A stretch of DNA of 64,000 bases from NCBI GenBank assembly GCA_020137815.1, contig CM035360.1:3286001-3350000 (forward strand), given 5' to 3'. Both the position numbers and the translations under genes were made by a program. Positions 1 through 14,082 of this stretch are shown one piece after another. The notes beneath the pieces are model-generated. The model was given only the letters and a program-made list of their open reading frames with translations. It was not told the origin of the DNA and did no database searches. The stretch is from Hormiphora californensis (taxonomy: Eukaryota; Animalia; Ctenophora). Position 1 is the first letter of the stretch. Every line of letters begins with the position of its first letter.

Positions 1-16
1 GGTTGACTGGATAATA

Positions 17-250
17 ATGGCTATCGAGGGAATGTTTCCTCAACAATGCTCAGCATGTAACCAGCTAGAAAGAGGATCCACGCCGAAACTTCGATGTGCA
101 AGCTGTGGAGGTGGTGGTCACAACTGTGGCCAGGTAATGTCCCACCAAGCCCTGACCGTGCTGGGCTTCGTGTGGGTTTGTTTCGGATGTATTAAGAACT
201 TCAAAGTTGAAACCTTATCTGGAACTGACGGAGAGGCTGAACCACTCCCA
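17..250 (+). pseudogene. LINE ORF1 fragment (PHD-like finger)
   Basis: C-x2-C...RCASCGGGGHNC...WVCFGC has the same pattern as the ORF1 PHD-like domains at 27158 and 39271. Confidence 0.6.
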
Positions 251-367
251 AGCGGGTCTAGTGAGATCTGTTAGGTGGTCTCGAGCTGATTTGGTGCGGG
301 TGCATTCATTCAGCATGTGCCACTCATCTTGGATGATGGGATCGAAGAATGGGAGGGCACGCAGAAG

Positions 368-531
368 GGCAGGTCGGAAGAATCTCGACACCGAAATATA
401 TATGTATTTCAAATACATATGTATTTCAAATACACATGTCTATTTCAACTGAAATATATATGTATGTATTTCAAATATATATGTATTTCAAATACATATA
501 TATTTCGGTGTCGAGATTCTTCCGACCTGCC
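368..531. mobile_element. Small palindromic MITE
   Basis: TIRs GGCAGGTCGGAAGAATCTCGACACCGAAATATATATG; end motif shared with the GGTAAGTCGGAAGAA elements at 10455 and 14390; no TSD seen. Confidence 0.75.
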
Positions 532-689
532 GGTCAGGTACAGGTAAAGACAGAGTTCTCACCAAACTCCAGTCGAAGAGGAGACGAATCAACCGAAGAA
601 TAGCAAAACTTCTAAAGAAAGGATCAAGCCGTTCGGAAAAGGCCTAGTTCCTCCAGACCCAGTAAGGTATTCAGCGATCCATCTCAGGT

Positions 690-1137
690 AAAGGTAGAGG
701 ACGCCCTTCTAGGTATCGAGGAGCAGACAGAGGAGCTGACCGACATTACCTTCACACCGGCAGATATTGAGGAAGCGCTTGCAGAATTGAAACCACACTC
801 AGCGTCACCCAAAGATGGAATTCCAGCTCTCATATTAAGGGAATTTCGAAGCTATTTAGCCTACCCCCTGTGGAGACTGTGGACAGAATCCTTTGCTGAG
901 GGAAACATTCCGGAGGAGTTGAAGAGACAGCAGATAGCCCCTATCTTCAAGAAAGGAAACAAAAGTATAGCTGAGAACTACCGACCGGTAGCACTGACCA
1001 GCCACGTGACCAAAACCTTCGAACGAGTGGTGTGCAAGGAGATAACTGAATTTGTTGAGTGGCAAGGTATTCTAAACAACGAACAACACGGATTCAGATC
1101 AGGACGTAGCTGCCTTACTCAACTACTTGAACACTAT
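690..1137 (+). pseudogene. CR1-group LINE RT fragment, left part
   Basis: PIFKKG..ENYRPVALTSH..QHGFRSGRSCLTQLLEHY; the frame resumes at 8755. Confidence 0.9.
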
Positions 1138-1148
1138 TATATATATAT

Positions 1149-1429
1149 CACTGCGCTGGCAAGCGCAAAGGTGGCCCCATCCCATCCCCCCAAAAACTTT
1201 TCCCGAAAAAGTGGGCCCGCTTGCCAACAGCGTAGATATAACAATTTTGAAGTTTTAGCCCATTTTGGCACTTTTCGACCCCTCCTAACTCCGGAACCAG
1301 ATGAGCTAGGAGGCTAAAATTTGGTACTAAGAAGCTTCACATAGACCTCTACTTACGGTAAAAATTTGAAGTTGCTAGCTCATTCCGGTCGCAAGTTATG
1401 ACACCACCCCCAAAACAGAAAATTCAGTG
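1149..1429 (+). mobile_element. ~280-bp non-autonomous element with CACTG..CAGTG ends (second copy 5084-5361, opposite strand)
   Basis: Two diverged copies in the window, each abutting (TA)n. Confidence 0.7.
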
Positions 1430-1453
1430 TGGCGAGAGATAGATATATATATA

Positions 1454-2104
1454 CCGCGAGTGCACATATCACTCCCGCTGTGCGCGACCATTTGCACGCT
1501 GAAATATGCACTGTGCTTCCGCGGGAGCGTGCAGATATAGAGGTAGCGGGATATAAGTGAGAAAAGTGTTTTTACACCTTATTCACACACAAACACACAG
1601 AATATGACTGACAAGGTACTACACGACACAAAGTCTGTCAAATTACACTCACTCTCCCTCTTTCTCTCACTAATTACCCCCTTATCACGTTTTGTTGTTT
1701 GCTATTTCCAAGAATTCCAATCTCCCTCTCTCGCATCTCTCTCTTTATCTCTCTCTTCTTTTCACTGTTTGACCTTGTTTCCCTTGTGTGTAACCGGTGT
1801 AGTAGTGTCTGTTAGTATTTTTGGGTTTGTTTTTGCTTAGTTTGTACCTTGTTTTGTCACATCTCTCTGTGTGTAATCACCCAAAATTAGGATTGTTTTG
1901 CTTGTCATGTGTTTTCTCGCGGAATATATACTCAATAACGTCCTGCACGGCATGTGCAAGCGCTCCTATATCGCACTCGTTTCACTCGTGCAATATAGAT
2001 GTGAAATGCACTCCAGCTCCGCTGTCGTGCATTTCACCTCCATATACGCTCTGCAGTGCAGAGCGTATATGGCGCGCTTGCACTGCGTGCAGAACGTTAT
2101 GTAC
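1454..2104 (+). mobile_element. ~650-bp interspersed repeat flanked by (TA)n (second copy 8009-8657)
   Basis: Near-identical direct copy at 8009-8657; both copies bounded by TA runs. Confidence 0.8.
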
Positions 2105-2110
2105 TATATA

Positions 2111-3217
2111 CCGTGTGGCCCAAATTAAAGGGAGGGTACGTTGGCCTTCTTTTCACCCAGAAGTTTAATTTCAATCACTCTGATATTTTGACACAATGTC
2201 TGCATGGTTACTCATTCGAGGAATCCGAAGTTTCAGCCCTCTGGATAAAAGTTCATTTTTTTCGACCGAATGAACATTGAATGAACACCAATATGGGACC
2301 ATATTTCGGTACCAAAGTTTCATAAATTTGTTTGGCTATCGATTTCCTTTCGAATGGGACCAGTTTGAGCTTAATTGGATCACCACAAGAATCACAGTGA
2401 TCCGTTTTCTAAGCCTAGGGTAAGTCATGTGATCCCCATCAAATTATGACGTGTTAGCAAGAGAGCTTACATTTTAACGAATGCTGTATCGGTACACCAT
2501 CCTCATTAGCAGACGTGATACGTGATACTCGACCGTTACACCTGCTTATTGGCACTTAGTAATGACGCTATCGTCTAAATGGGGGTCACATGACCAGACC
2601 TAGGGTTAGATAACTAGACACTGTGTCTCTTGTGGTGGTCCAATTGAGCTCAAATTAGTCGCGTTTGAAAGGAAATCGATACCCGAAGGCGACTGTGAAA
2701 TTCCGGTTCCAAAAAGCATTCCTGTTTTCAAGTTCATTCAGGATTCATTTCAGTCGGAAAAATGAATTTTAAGATAGAGAGCTTAAATTCCGGCTAACAT
2801 CAAAATTGATCAAGTGTAGTGGCCGTACAGATTTTTAGCGCCTGAATTTACCGATTTCTGGTCAAAACAGGTCAAAATCGATGTTTGGTAAAAAATATCA
2901 TCTTTAAATAACTTATTTCACCCACTAAACTTTATTCAATTTTAATAAAAATTCAGATTGCCATTTGTTGATACTTGCTCTATTGTATGGCGGTTTTTTA
3001 AATAATAAAATCGAATTTAATCAAGAGAAAACCTCAAAAAACCCGAAAAACGAAAAATTTAGTTCATTAATGAACTTTCAACTTTTATGATTTGAAACTT
3101 CGGATTCCTCGAATGAGTACCCATGCAGACATTGTGTCAAAATATCAGAGTGATTGAAATTAAACTTCTGGGTGAAAAGAAGGCCAACGTACCCTCCCTT
3201 TAATTTGGGCCACGCGG
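2111..3217. mobile_element. TIR element, TA-flanked (Tc1/mariner-like, non-autonomous)
   Basis: ~130-bp TIRs CCGYGTGGCCCAAATTAAAGGGAGGG, with TA on both sides. Confidence 0.8.
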
Positions 3218-3243
3218 TAGATAGATAGATAGATAGATATATA

Positions 3244-5053
3244 TAGACGCTTCACTGTGTAACACTTGTAGCCCGAACCATACTAGTAAGCGACTTGAAC
3301 CAAGTTTTATCCGTTAGCAAATCGTTCGGGGCATGCATTAGTTAAGGTTTCGAGTGAAAATGTCCTCTATGACGACCGTAATGACGTGACAAAGTGACGT
3401 CATTGAAAATTCTCAGACCAAATATTTTCAAACGCCCCTAACACCCTCAAGACGTATTTTGATTCCTGATTTGACAGAAAATCGTTAGAGGCAAATTGTC
3501 TGAACTTTCAGATACTATATAGTGATTTTCTCTAACTTGTCATTTTTAGACCTTAAAACGCGTCGGAACTCAAAAATTTGATGTGAAAATCTACACAAAA
3601 ACTCACATTTCGTGCAATAACTTCAGTTCTTGACTACTGCTGCCTTTAAAACTTTTCACACGTTTAGTGCTTCATCGGCCAAATAGTCTGTCATAATTTT
3701 TTACGTCGTCGTGACGTCACATGTGACGTCACGACGTCAAAACGACGTTGAATTTTGAAAATTTCGTCAAATCAGCTTCCTACATCCCAGGATACATTTG
3801 AATTACATTTGAACACTTTAGTTGACAATTATCTTAGTTGTTTGAGGTCATAAATGACCTCAAACGACCAAAAAAAGAGTACAAATTTAGAGCAAAAACT
3901 AATTGAAATTAGTTCGCCAGAAAGGTGATCCATTTTGAACTTACTCCTTAATTTCCGTCACCTTTGAGTTGAAGGCGGAAAAGTTTACGGATACCTCAAT
4001 GTCTTTGAAGCCTCAATGTCTTTGAAGCCTCAACTCAAAGAGTGACGGACCGAAAAAGGAAAGGAAGGGGAAGGGCAAAAGGGGCATCGCGGGCGGTGCG
4101 AACGAAGGGTTCAAGTTAGTGGTGCCAAAGTATTAGAGAGAGTAGAGAAGAAGAGAGAGTATAATAATATATATATAAGCCAAAAACTAATTGAATAATT
4201 GTGGCGGGAAAGGTGACCCACTACACCTTTTGCTACTAAGGGTATCACCACGAATCCAATCCCGGACAAATCCCAAATCTCCCATCTCTCTCCCACCCTC
4301 TCTCTCCCCCCCTCCCCTCCCTCTCTCTCTCCTCCACCAATCCACTCACACATTAATCACCAATCCTGATCCCGGCAGCAGGCAAAGGTGTAAGTGGGTC
4401 ACCTTTCCCGCCAACTAATTTCAATTAGTTTTTGGCTAATTTAGGTCCCTTTTTGGTTTCTAATCGCAGCATGACATTATTTCATGATGTAATATTGTCG
4501 AAATGATGGTTATATGAGAAATGAGACGTATTTTGTGAAAATCGTTTTTAGACGTCATAATGACGTCATTGACGTAATTAGTGACGTCGTAACGACGTAA
4601 TTGCATCACGATAATTTTAAGCAATACCCAAAGGAGCTTGTAAAGTTTCATTGACCACAGTGGTCAGGAAAGGGAGTTTTTGTTCGAAAAACGTTCAATT
4701 TGCTGAATTTTTCGTCAAATTTCTTCCGACGCGATTAAAGGGCTCAAAATGATAAGCTACGAAAATTCGCTATATAGTATCTGAAAGTTCAGACGATTTG
4801 CCGGTAACGATTTTTCGTCAAATCAGAAATCGGAACACGTCTTCAGGGTGCTAGAGGCGTTTGAAAAAAGTTAGTCGGTCTCGCGCAATGACGTCACTCG
4901 TGACGTCATTGCGCGCGTCATAGGTAAGTGGAGAGTCGCCACCCAGATGGGTACATGCACAGACAATTATCTGTCGAATGCCGCTTGGTTTAAGGTCGTA
5001 CGATGTCTGGTTCGTCTCAAACTGGGACCAAACGGAAGGTAACAAAGCGTCTA
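3244..5053. mobile_element. Degenerate foldback element
   Basis: Ends TAGACGCTT..AAGCGTCTA; diverged inverted arms at about 3380-3930 and 4400-4920. Confidence 0.6.
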
Positions 5054-5358
5054 TCCATGTATATATCAACCTAGTTATCCCCACACTGAATTTTCTGTTT
5101 TGGGGGTGGTGTTATAACTTTTGAACAAAATGAGCTAGCCAGTTGAAATTTTTACCATCGATAGAGGTCTACAAGAAGCTTCTAAGTACAAAATTTCAGC
5201 TTCCTAGCTCTTCCGGTTCGGGAGTTATGGCATGTCAAAAAGTGCCAAAATGGGCTAAAAGTATGAAATAACTATATATACGCTGTGAGCAAGCGGGCCG
5301 TTTTTGGGGAAATTTTTTTCGGGGGATGGACGGGGTCACCTTTGCGCTTGCCAGCGCA

Positions 5359-5394
<36 letters not shown>

Positions 5395-5458
5395 GAAGAG
5401 GAAGAGAGTCCGAGCTCGAGGTAGTGTGTATGTGAAGAAGTAAGACGAGGGGTTAATA

Positions 5459-5502
5459 AAACACAACTAGTTTCATCAGTCAATCTGAATCCTCAGGTGT
5501 TT
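5459..5502 (-). ncRNA. Minimal type I hammerhead ribozyme (Penelope-type)
   Basis: AAACAC-CUGAGGA-U-UCAG/AUUGA/CUGA-U-GAAAC-UA-GUU-GUGUUU: stem I, stem II, catalytic core and palindromic stem III. Confidence 0.75.
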
Positions 5503-7918
5503 GCACGTGCAAACCAGGTTGGCTTCCCTGGTAACAGTGCTGGCGCTAGAGTGTCACCCAACCATCCCATCAGTGGAGACACGGTCGGACAAGCTCTCTA
5601 AATTCTTGTTCGACCACCTCTCGGTGATGGTGTGATCCTTGATCACACTTAAAAATGGGGAAAATTTTGAACTTAGTGTCTAAATTCGAGGCACATCTTC
5701 TGATATGTTTGGAGACTTGGAGCTTTCCATTCTCGATATTGTTGATGTGGGAGCGGTGGAGATTCATTCGTTCACTGAGGGTTCTCCCTGTTTCTCCAAT
5801 ATATTCTCCTCCACATCCGCTACAGACTATCAGGTAAATCAGGTCTTTGCTTTTGCAGCTCATCGTGTGGTTTCTGGTGAGTACAGAAGGTTTGGTGGCT
5901 GTCTGCGTGCGGCAATTATCTTTGTTGGCATGTTCGCAGTGGTATGTTTGAGGTTCATACACGCCTGTTTTAGACGTATGGCTGGGTCTACTATAGTAGG
6001 GTTGTAGGTACTGGTAAAGATTATCTGGTCTCTTGGAGCTGCTTCTTTTTCTTTTGTTTGGAGCAGTGTTTTTCTTTCCAGTGACCCAGCTTTGTTGATA
6101 GCATCACCAATTAGTTTTTCTGGGTATCCTCGGCGTTGGAGTTTTGGGCGGAGTTCAGCGAGTCTTTTGGCCTTTAGTTCATTGCTGGATACGATCGTGG
6201 CGGATGTGGAGGAGAATATATTGGAGAAACAGGGAGAACCCTCAGTGAACGAATGAATCTCCACCGCTCCCACATCAACAATATCGAGAATGGAAAGCTC
6301 CAAGTCTCCAAACATATCAGAAGATGTGCCTCGAATTTAGACACTAAGTTCAAAATTTTCCCCATTTTTAAGTGTGTGTTGTGTGTGTGTTCAGTACCTC
6401 CCGTCGTTCCACCCCATGCTGAGGTTATTGATGACCCCTCAGCCGGCCCGTTACTGACCTCACTCCTTGCCAGATGACCCCCACACGCAGGGTCACTGTC
6501 GGTATGATTCCACTTAGATTCCACTGGTTTCCCAGCAGTCTCTTTATGGTACCGCAAAAGGAGCATGCGAGTCTGTGTCGGATTTGGCACGGAGAAATCT
6601 TTCCCCGCAGACATGTGATGGGACTTACCGTCCAATTGGTTGGTCTTTGGTTACCACTGTCACGACAACTGTGGAAGTAGGTGATTTGCCGGATATCATT
6701 GATTACCTATCAAGGGATTAAATGCTTATCTTTACACCAAGGGTCTTGTAGTCTAAGCTAGCTAGTAATGTATTCACAAGTACGACCCAAGGGTCCGGTC
6801 AGGCGATGTTGCCATCGCCGGGTGGCCAGGTTATAGATTAGTTGCTGTAAAACAACGTCTATGGTTGTCCCTGAGTGCATTTGACCAGTATCAGTTCACT
6901 CAAGGCTTCGCGTAATTAATGCGAGGGGTCTCAGTGTAAGCGTGTCTGCTATTTGAATAAGGGTACCATTGTTTAAGTGTCCCAAACTGTAATGGGCTTT
7001 TCCCTGACTACTAAAGGGTCTTTCAGATTTGTAGGTTTGTCACTTGCCTTGTTTTGGGGTGTGCGTGTCTGAGGCTCGGTGATTTGTTGTAGGTGTGGAG
7101 ATCACGCATGTGCGGAGCTTGGGATTAGGGGGGGGGTAGGGTGTGTCTGAGGAGTCTAGAACTTGGGCTTGGAACTGTGCGCGCAGTTTGTTCGGCCTGG
7201 GTCGGACTTTGTTCACCATGGCGTTTTCGCGCGTTACGTTTGAAGTAGTGGTAGGGTAAGTTATTTTGTGTCTAGATCTGTTTTTTGGAACAAATAGGGT
7301 GTGGGGGTTAAATAGGCAGAGGTTTTTAGGTGCAAATTTGGGCAGGGGTTCCCCAGGGGCGACCAGCCCCTACTTGGTTATTACTGGGTTTATCTCTGCC
7401 CTGTCATAAAGACAGCCATGGGCAAGAGAGCTGTTTTGCAGGCGACAGCAACCGGGTCGACGGGCAGAGCCCTCAGGGGTTGCTGTATATAGCGGGGTTG
7501 ACGTGAGTCAGAATCCAGAAGTTGTCTGGACGTCCGTAGTCATTTAGCCGTCACTCTCTCAGAACTCTCTCTAACTCGCTCACCCACTCTCTCTCTCCCT
7601 TAACAGATTGACGTTACCAGGATGGACCACGCGGAGGTGGACTGAATCGGACTTGTTATGTGAGAGGTGGAAGTTACCAGCAACGACACAAGCAGAAGCC
7701 CCCACGGCGCGGAAAACACCGCAAGAGCCTCCACTACACACATCCCATAACCATTACCATCCCATTTTTTAAGTGTGATCAAGGATCACACCATCACCGA
7801 GAGGTGGTCGAACAAGAATTTAGAGAGCTTGTCCGACCGTGTCTCCACTGATGGGATGGTTGGGTGACACTCTAGCGCCAGCACTGTTACCAGGGAAGCC
7901 AACCTGGTTTGCACGTGC

Positions 7919-7962
7919 AAACACCTGAGGATTCAGATTGACTGATGAAACTAGTTGTGTTT
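7919..7962 (+). ncRNA. Minimal type I hammerhead ribozyme (second copy)
   Basis: Same motif as 5459-5502, on the + strand. Confidence 0.75.
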
Positions 7963-8653
7963 TATTAACCCCTCGTCTTACTTCTTCACATATATATATA
8001 TATATATACCGCGAGTGCACATATCACTCCCGCTGTGCGCGACCATTTGCACGCTGAAATATGCACTGTGCTTCCGCGGGAGCGTGCAGATATACAGGTA
8101 GCGGGATATAAGTGAGAAATGTGTTTTTACACCTTATTCACACACAAACACACAAAATATGACTGACAAGGTACTACACGACACACAGTCTGCCATTTTA
8201 CACTCACTCTCCCTCTTTCTCTCACTAATTATCCCCTTACACGTTTTGTTGTTTGCTATTTCCAAGAATTCCAATCTCCCTCTCTCGCATCTCTCTCTTT
8301 ATCTCTCTCTTCTTTTCACTGTTTCAAACTATCAGACCTTCTCTCCCTTGTGTGTAACCGGTGTAAAGTGTATTTTTGTGTAGTTTTGCTTAGTTTGTAC
8401 CTTGTTTTGTCACATCTCTCTGTGCGTAATTACCCAAAATTATGATTGTTTTGCTTGTCATGTGTTTTCTCGCGGAATATATACTCAATAACGTCCTGCA
8501 CGGCATGTGCAAGCGCCCCTATATCGCACTCGTTTCACTCGTGCAATATAGATGTGAAATGCACTCCAGCTCCGCTGTCGTGCATTTCACCTCCATATAC
8601 GCTCTGCAGTGCAGAGCGTATATGGCGCGCTTGCACTGCGTGCAGAACGTTAT

Positions 8654-9508
<855 letters not shown>

Positions 9509-9583
9509 TAGGTTTGGTAGAGACGTTTTTGAAAATTTTGCATTGAGCTCCTTCAAATTGAAAGCTTTACTACAGCGCAGGAC

Positions 9584-10403
9584 TATGGCGGTGCATGAGT
9601 GCACGATGAAATTTTCAACAAAAACATGAAAAAAAGAAAAAAAATGAAAAAGAAAAAAATAAAAAATTTTAAAAAATGAAAAAAACGATTTTTGAAAATT
9701 TTGTGTGCACTCATGCGCCGCGTGAACGGCTCAAAAGTGCACGGTAAAAAAATTGTTCCATTTTTTTGACAAATGTTCATTTGCCTCAAATGTTGTTTTT
9801 AGACGTCGTCCCACCGTCCGCCAAGGTTGACACGTCGTCTAGACCGAGGCTGTACCCGTCTAGACGTGTTTTACCCCAGATGGGCTTGAGATGGAGTCAA
9901 ATGGGCTTGAGACGGGTTGAAATGAGCTTGAAATGGGCTAGAAACGGGCTCGAAACAGGCTTGAGATGGGCTTGAGACGGGCTACTCGTAAAACGCAAGT
10001 CTTTAGCCTATTTCAACCCGTCTCAAGCCTCTTTCAAGCCCGTTTCGAGCCCATTTCAAGCCCATTTCAACCCGTCTCAAGCCCATTTAACTCCATCTCA
10101 AGCCCATCTGGGGTAATACACGTCTAGACGGGTACAGCCTCGGTCTAGACGACGTGTCAACCTTGGCGGACGGTGGGACGACGTCTAAAAACAACATTTG
10201 AGGCAAATGAACATTTGTCAAAAAAATGAAACAATTTTTTTACCGTGCACTTTTGAGCCGTTCACGCGGCGCATGAGTGCACACAAAATTTTCAAAAATC
10301 GTTTTTTTCATTTTTAAAAATTTTTTCTTTTTTTCTTTTTCATTTTTTTAATTTTTTTCATGTTTTTGTTGAAAATTTCATTGTGCACTCATGCACCGCC
10401 ATA
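9584..10403. mobile_element. Foldback MITE with TATGG..CCATA ends (IS3EU-like termini)
   Basis: Near-perfect ~380-bp inverted arms; no TSD recovered. Confidence 0.8.
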
Positions 10404-10454
10404 TATGTCTCATGAGACGTTAGGGTTAGGGTTAGGGTTGGGTTTACGGTTGGG

Positions 10455-11396
10455 GGTAAGTCGGAAGAACCTGTCCGTTCCTCTCATGAGCGCTCATGAG
10501 TGTATCATGAGTGTGTCATGAGTGTATCATGAGTGTATCATGAGCGCTCATGAGACGTTTTTCGGTGTTGCAACGTCTCATGAGCGCTCATGAGTGTATC
10601 ATGAGTGTGTCATGAGTGTATCATGAGCGCTCATGAGTGCTCATGAGAACTTGCTCATGAGCGCTCATGAGACATATGTCTCATCCCATCTCTGTTTCAA
10701 TGTCTCATGAGCGCTCATGAGACGTTTTGACCTACATGTGCTCATGAGTGTATCATGAGACATGTCTCATGAGACATATGTCTCATGAGACGTTAGGGTT
10801 AGGGTTAGGGTTGGGTTTAGGGTTGGGCTAGGGTTAAGGCTTTCCTTTAGGTCTAGGGACCCGTAGAGGGTAGGGCTAGGTCCAAGCCTATGGGTCAACC
10901 CTAACCTTATCCCTACGGGTCCCTAGACCTAAAGGAAAGCCCTAACCCTAGCCCAACCCTAAACCCAGCCATAACCATAACCCTAACGTCTCATGAGACA
11001 TATGTCTCATGAGACATGTCTCATGATACACTCATGAGCACATGTAGGTCAAAACGTCTCATGAGCGCTCATGAGACATTGAAACAGAGATGGGATGAGA
11101 CATATGTCTCATGAGCGCTCATGAGCAATGTCTCATGAGCACTCATGAGCGCTCATTATACACTCATGACACACTCATGATACACTCATGAGCGCTCATG
11201 AGACGTTGAAACACCTAAAAACGTCTCATGAGCGCTCATGATACACTCATGACACACTCATGATACACTCATGAGCGCTCATGAGACGTTGAAACACCTA
11301 AAAACGTCTCATGAGCGCTCATGATACACTCATGACACACTCATGATACACTCATGAGCGCTCATGAGAGGAACGGACAGGTTCTTCCGACTTACC
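10455..11396. mobile_element. Foldback MITE family A (TCATGAG-rich arms, TTAGGG-like core), copy 1
   Basis: TIRs GGTAAGTCGGAAGAACCTGTCCGTTCC; supplies the empty-site sequence for the insertion in copy 2. Confidence 0.9.
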
Positions 11397-12016
11397 TATT
11401 TTCCTATATTGACTCATTATAAATTGTGAAGTTCATATTCATAAAAAGGACGTCCATGATTTTTGGTCAGTTTTTACCCCCTCCCAGCTCCCTCCCTAAG
11501 TTGGTGACATTGACACCTGAGTGAGATCGAGGTCTCGCAGCGACCGAGATCGATCTCACATACAGGTGTCCGCTCCGTTATTGATTTTAAGGAACTTTTT
11601 CAAAAACCCGGCTGCAAGGAACTACTGAACCGATTTGCATCTCGTTTGTTGCTCCTGGCAGATAATTGTCTCTAGTTTTACGGAAAATACCCGCGAGTAT
11701 CAGCATTTGAGGAATAGTGGGTCAAAATTGACGCAAAAACATGAGCAATTCTTTAAAGACCTGGTCAGGAGAGAGAAGAGAGAGGGAGAGAGTTATAACT
11801 CTCTCCCTCTCTCTTCTCTCTCCTGACCAGCTTAATGATGAAGTCCCCGGTAGTGTTATATGGGTGACTGCGTCACCAACTGACCAGCATGGCTTTAGAT
11901 GTTACCGCTCTAACACATTGAGCTAAGCACTATAAAGAAGACTTCTTACACTAACCAAATGGTATAAATATGCGAGAATATCCCCTCCAAATCAGTACTC
12001 ACAACTACTAATTGTC

Positions 12017-12837
12017 ATGAGGTTTACTTGTCTTCTTCTTGTTACCCTGTTAGGGCTCTTTGCCCCTGCCGTTGAGGCTTGCAGAGTCCAGCACTTGGGA
12101 TGCTGGAACGATAAGCCTCAACGGGCAATTCCTCACAGGCTAGGAAACTTTGGAGGGGACATTGTGCGCACATGTGGTGAACACGCCAAACGCAGGGGTA
12201 TGTAATAAAGTCGGACCCCGATTTAGTAGTGACATCCTCGGGGAAAAGGTTTTATCCACTAAATCGGGGTGTCCACTAAATCGGGGTCAAATACTGTTAA
12301 TTTCCTATATCGGGGGAAGATAAAGATAAAGATTATCCTACCACTAAATCGGGGTGCCACTAAATCGGGGGCCACTAAATCGGGGTCCGACTGTGTAAGC
12401 TTTTTTTTCAAGTTTAGTGGAAAACTTCAACCTCTTAGCCACCCCTTTGTTACATACTGATATGCTACCGAAATTTATGATTTCCAATGTAATTTCTACT
12501 ACTAGTTTTTTCTATACAGTCGGACCCCCATTTACCGGGGTTCTGCCCGGTTCTGCCCGGTATATCGAGGATATCAAATACTGTTAGTTTCCTACCTATA
12601 TCAGGGAAAGATTATCCTTCCAGAAAATCGGGGTCCGACTGTAGTAGCTAGTTTTCAATTTCATGCTAACAAACGTATTTAACCTCAGGGTGGAGGGTGT
12701 TTGCGGTTCAAAATGGTAATGAGTGTTGGAGTGGACCCCACGCTGAGAGAAGTTACAGGAAGTATGGACCAACTAACAGATGCAAGCACGGAAAGGGAGC
12801 CGGCTGGGCCCAAGATGTCTACCATCTACACTGTTAA
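12017..12837 (+). CDS. Secreted WSC-like single-domain protein, 109 aa (exons 12017-12197, 12689-12837)
   Basis: Signal peptide; GCWND..C...AKRRG|WRVFAVQNGNECWSG..YRKYG..C..GKG.GWAQDVY. The GT-AG intron keeps the frame, with a CTAAC branch site. TATAAATA near 11963. Confidence 0.85.
12207..12643. mobile_element. Two short TACAGTCGGACCCC MITEs in the intron (related copies at 51094-51236 and 63848)
   Basis: TIRs CAGTCGGACCCC..GGGGTCCGACTG, mostly TA-flanked. Confidence 0.75.
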
Positions 12838-13350
12838 TTGTGAATCAATTAATAATTTAGAAATTTGGGTTTCAAGTTGTCTAACAAACTGTGTGTTTAT
12901 TTGAATTTGATGAACGAGGCGGACAAAGTGTCCAGATGACGGTAGCTAATCGCTGGGTCGATCAAGATGACGCGACACCCATACCGATTACTATTTTCAA
13001 CAAAATAAAACATCCATTACATAAATCACCTCCACATATTTTGCACTTATAGTTCCAAAGAAAAGGGCGTGCGAATAGAGGGGCACGGCGTGCCCACCAT
13101 ATTTTCCATCAATTTCTCACAGTGCTGCTTGCAGTCAAAATACGGTAACGCAAAATACAGTAAGGAGACGCGCACGGTGCATAAAGCGCGGCAAAAAGTT
13201 CATGTGTCGAGCACGTACTAGCGCCCTGATTGGTCACGGTTGCGCGTCGTCTTACTGTATCTTCATTTTCCATTACCGTTTTCCCACTACAAGCGACCGT
13301 GTCATTCTACCGATTTCATCAAAAAGAGCCATGAGGCTATAACTTATAGT

Positions 13351-14082
13351 ATAAGCATACTGATCGTGATGATCATAATCAGGTCAGTGTGTGGAGATTT
13401 TGATGTTCACCATCAAAGAAGCGCACACACTGATGGTTAATGGTTATCAACATGATGGAGGCTTGATGCATCATCATGATCTCAAACCATGTTCACGTTT
13501 GATCATCATAAACCATAGTGTGCGCACGTTTGATCATCATTAACCATGCTCAACTTGCTGGAACTTGCCTTTTGATCATGATCATCATGAACAGTGTGCT
13601 CAGCATGATGATGATATCTCCCCCTTAGCGAGTCGCGCGCTTTGAGAGGCTGTTGCATATCACGTGACCTGTACAACAGCCTCTCAGAGCGTGCGAATTC
13701 ATACCACGTGGTACATATCACATGACTACTGCAGTGCAGCCCTCCATAAGATCAGAACGTGCGCACACTTGCAGGCGATGATGATCATCATCCAACTAAA
13801 GAGACGGCTCCAGGGCCAGCTCTTACGTGATGATCATAATGTTCCGCACACTGCAGTTTTTTGCAGATGATGATGATCAAATTAACCATGAGCACACTTC
13901 ATCTTTTTAACTGATTATGATCATCACGATCAGTATGCTTATAGCCTTAGAGACGGCTCAAGGGCCAGCTCTTACGTGATGATCATAATGTTCCGCACAC
14001 TGCAGTTTTTTGCAGATGATGATGATCAAAACCATGAGCATACTTCATCTTTTGAACTGATCATCACGATGAGTATGCTTAT
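13351..14082. mobile_element. ATGATC-rich TIR element with a duplicated right end
   Basis: ATAAGCATACTGATCGTGATGATC recurs inverted near 13920-13942 and again near 14060-14082. Confidence 0.6.

Larger units (their letters stand above)
5393..7990. mobile_element. Penelope-like retroelement remnant (RT C-terminus plus GIY-YIG) with an inverted 3' copy
   Basis: Minus strand reads LQRRGYP..TSTYNP..RQPPNL, then LIYLIVCSGCGGEYIGETGR..RMNLHR (5570-6195). The inverted plus-strand copy lies at 6200-6376 and 7761-7990. Confidence 0.9.
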
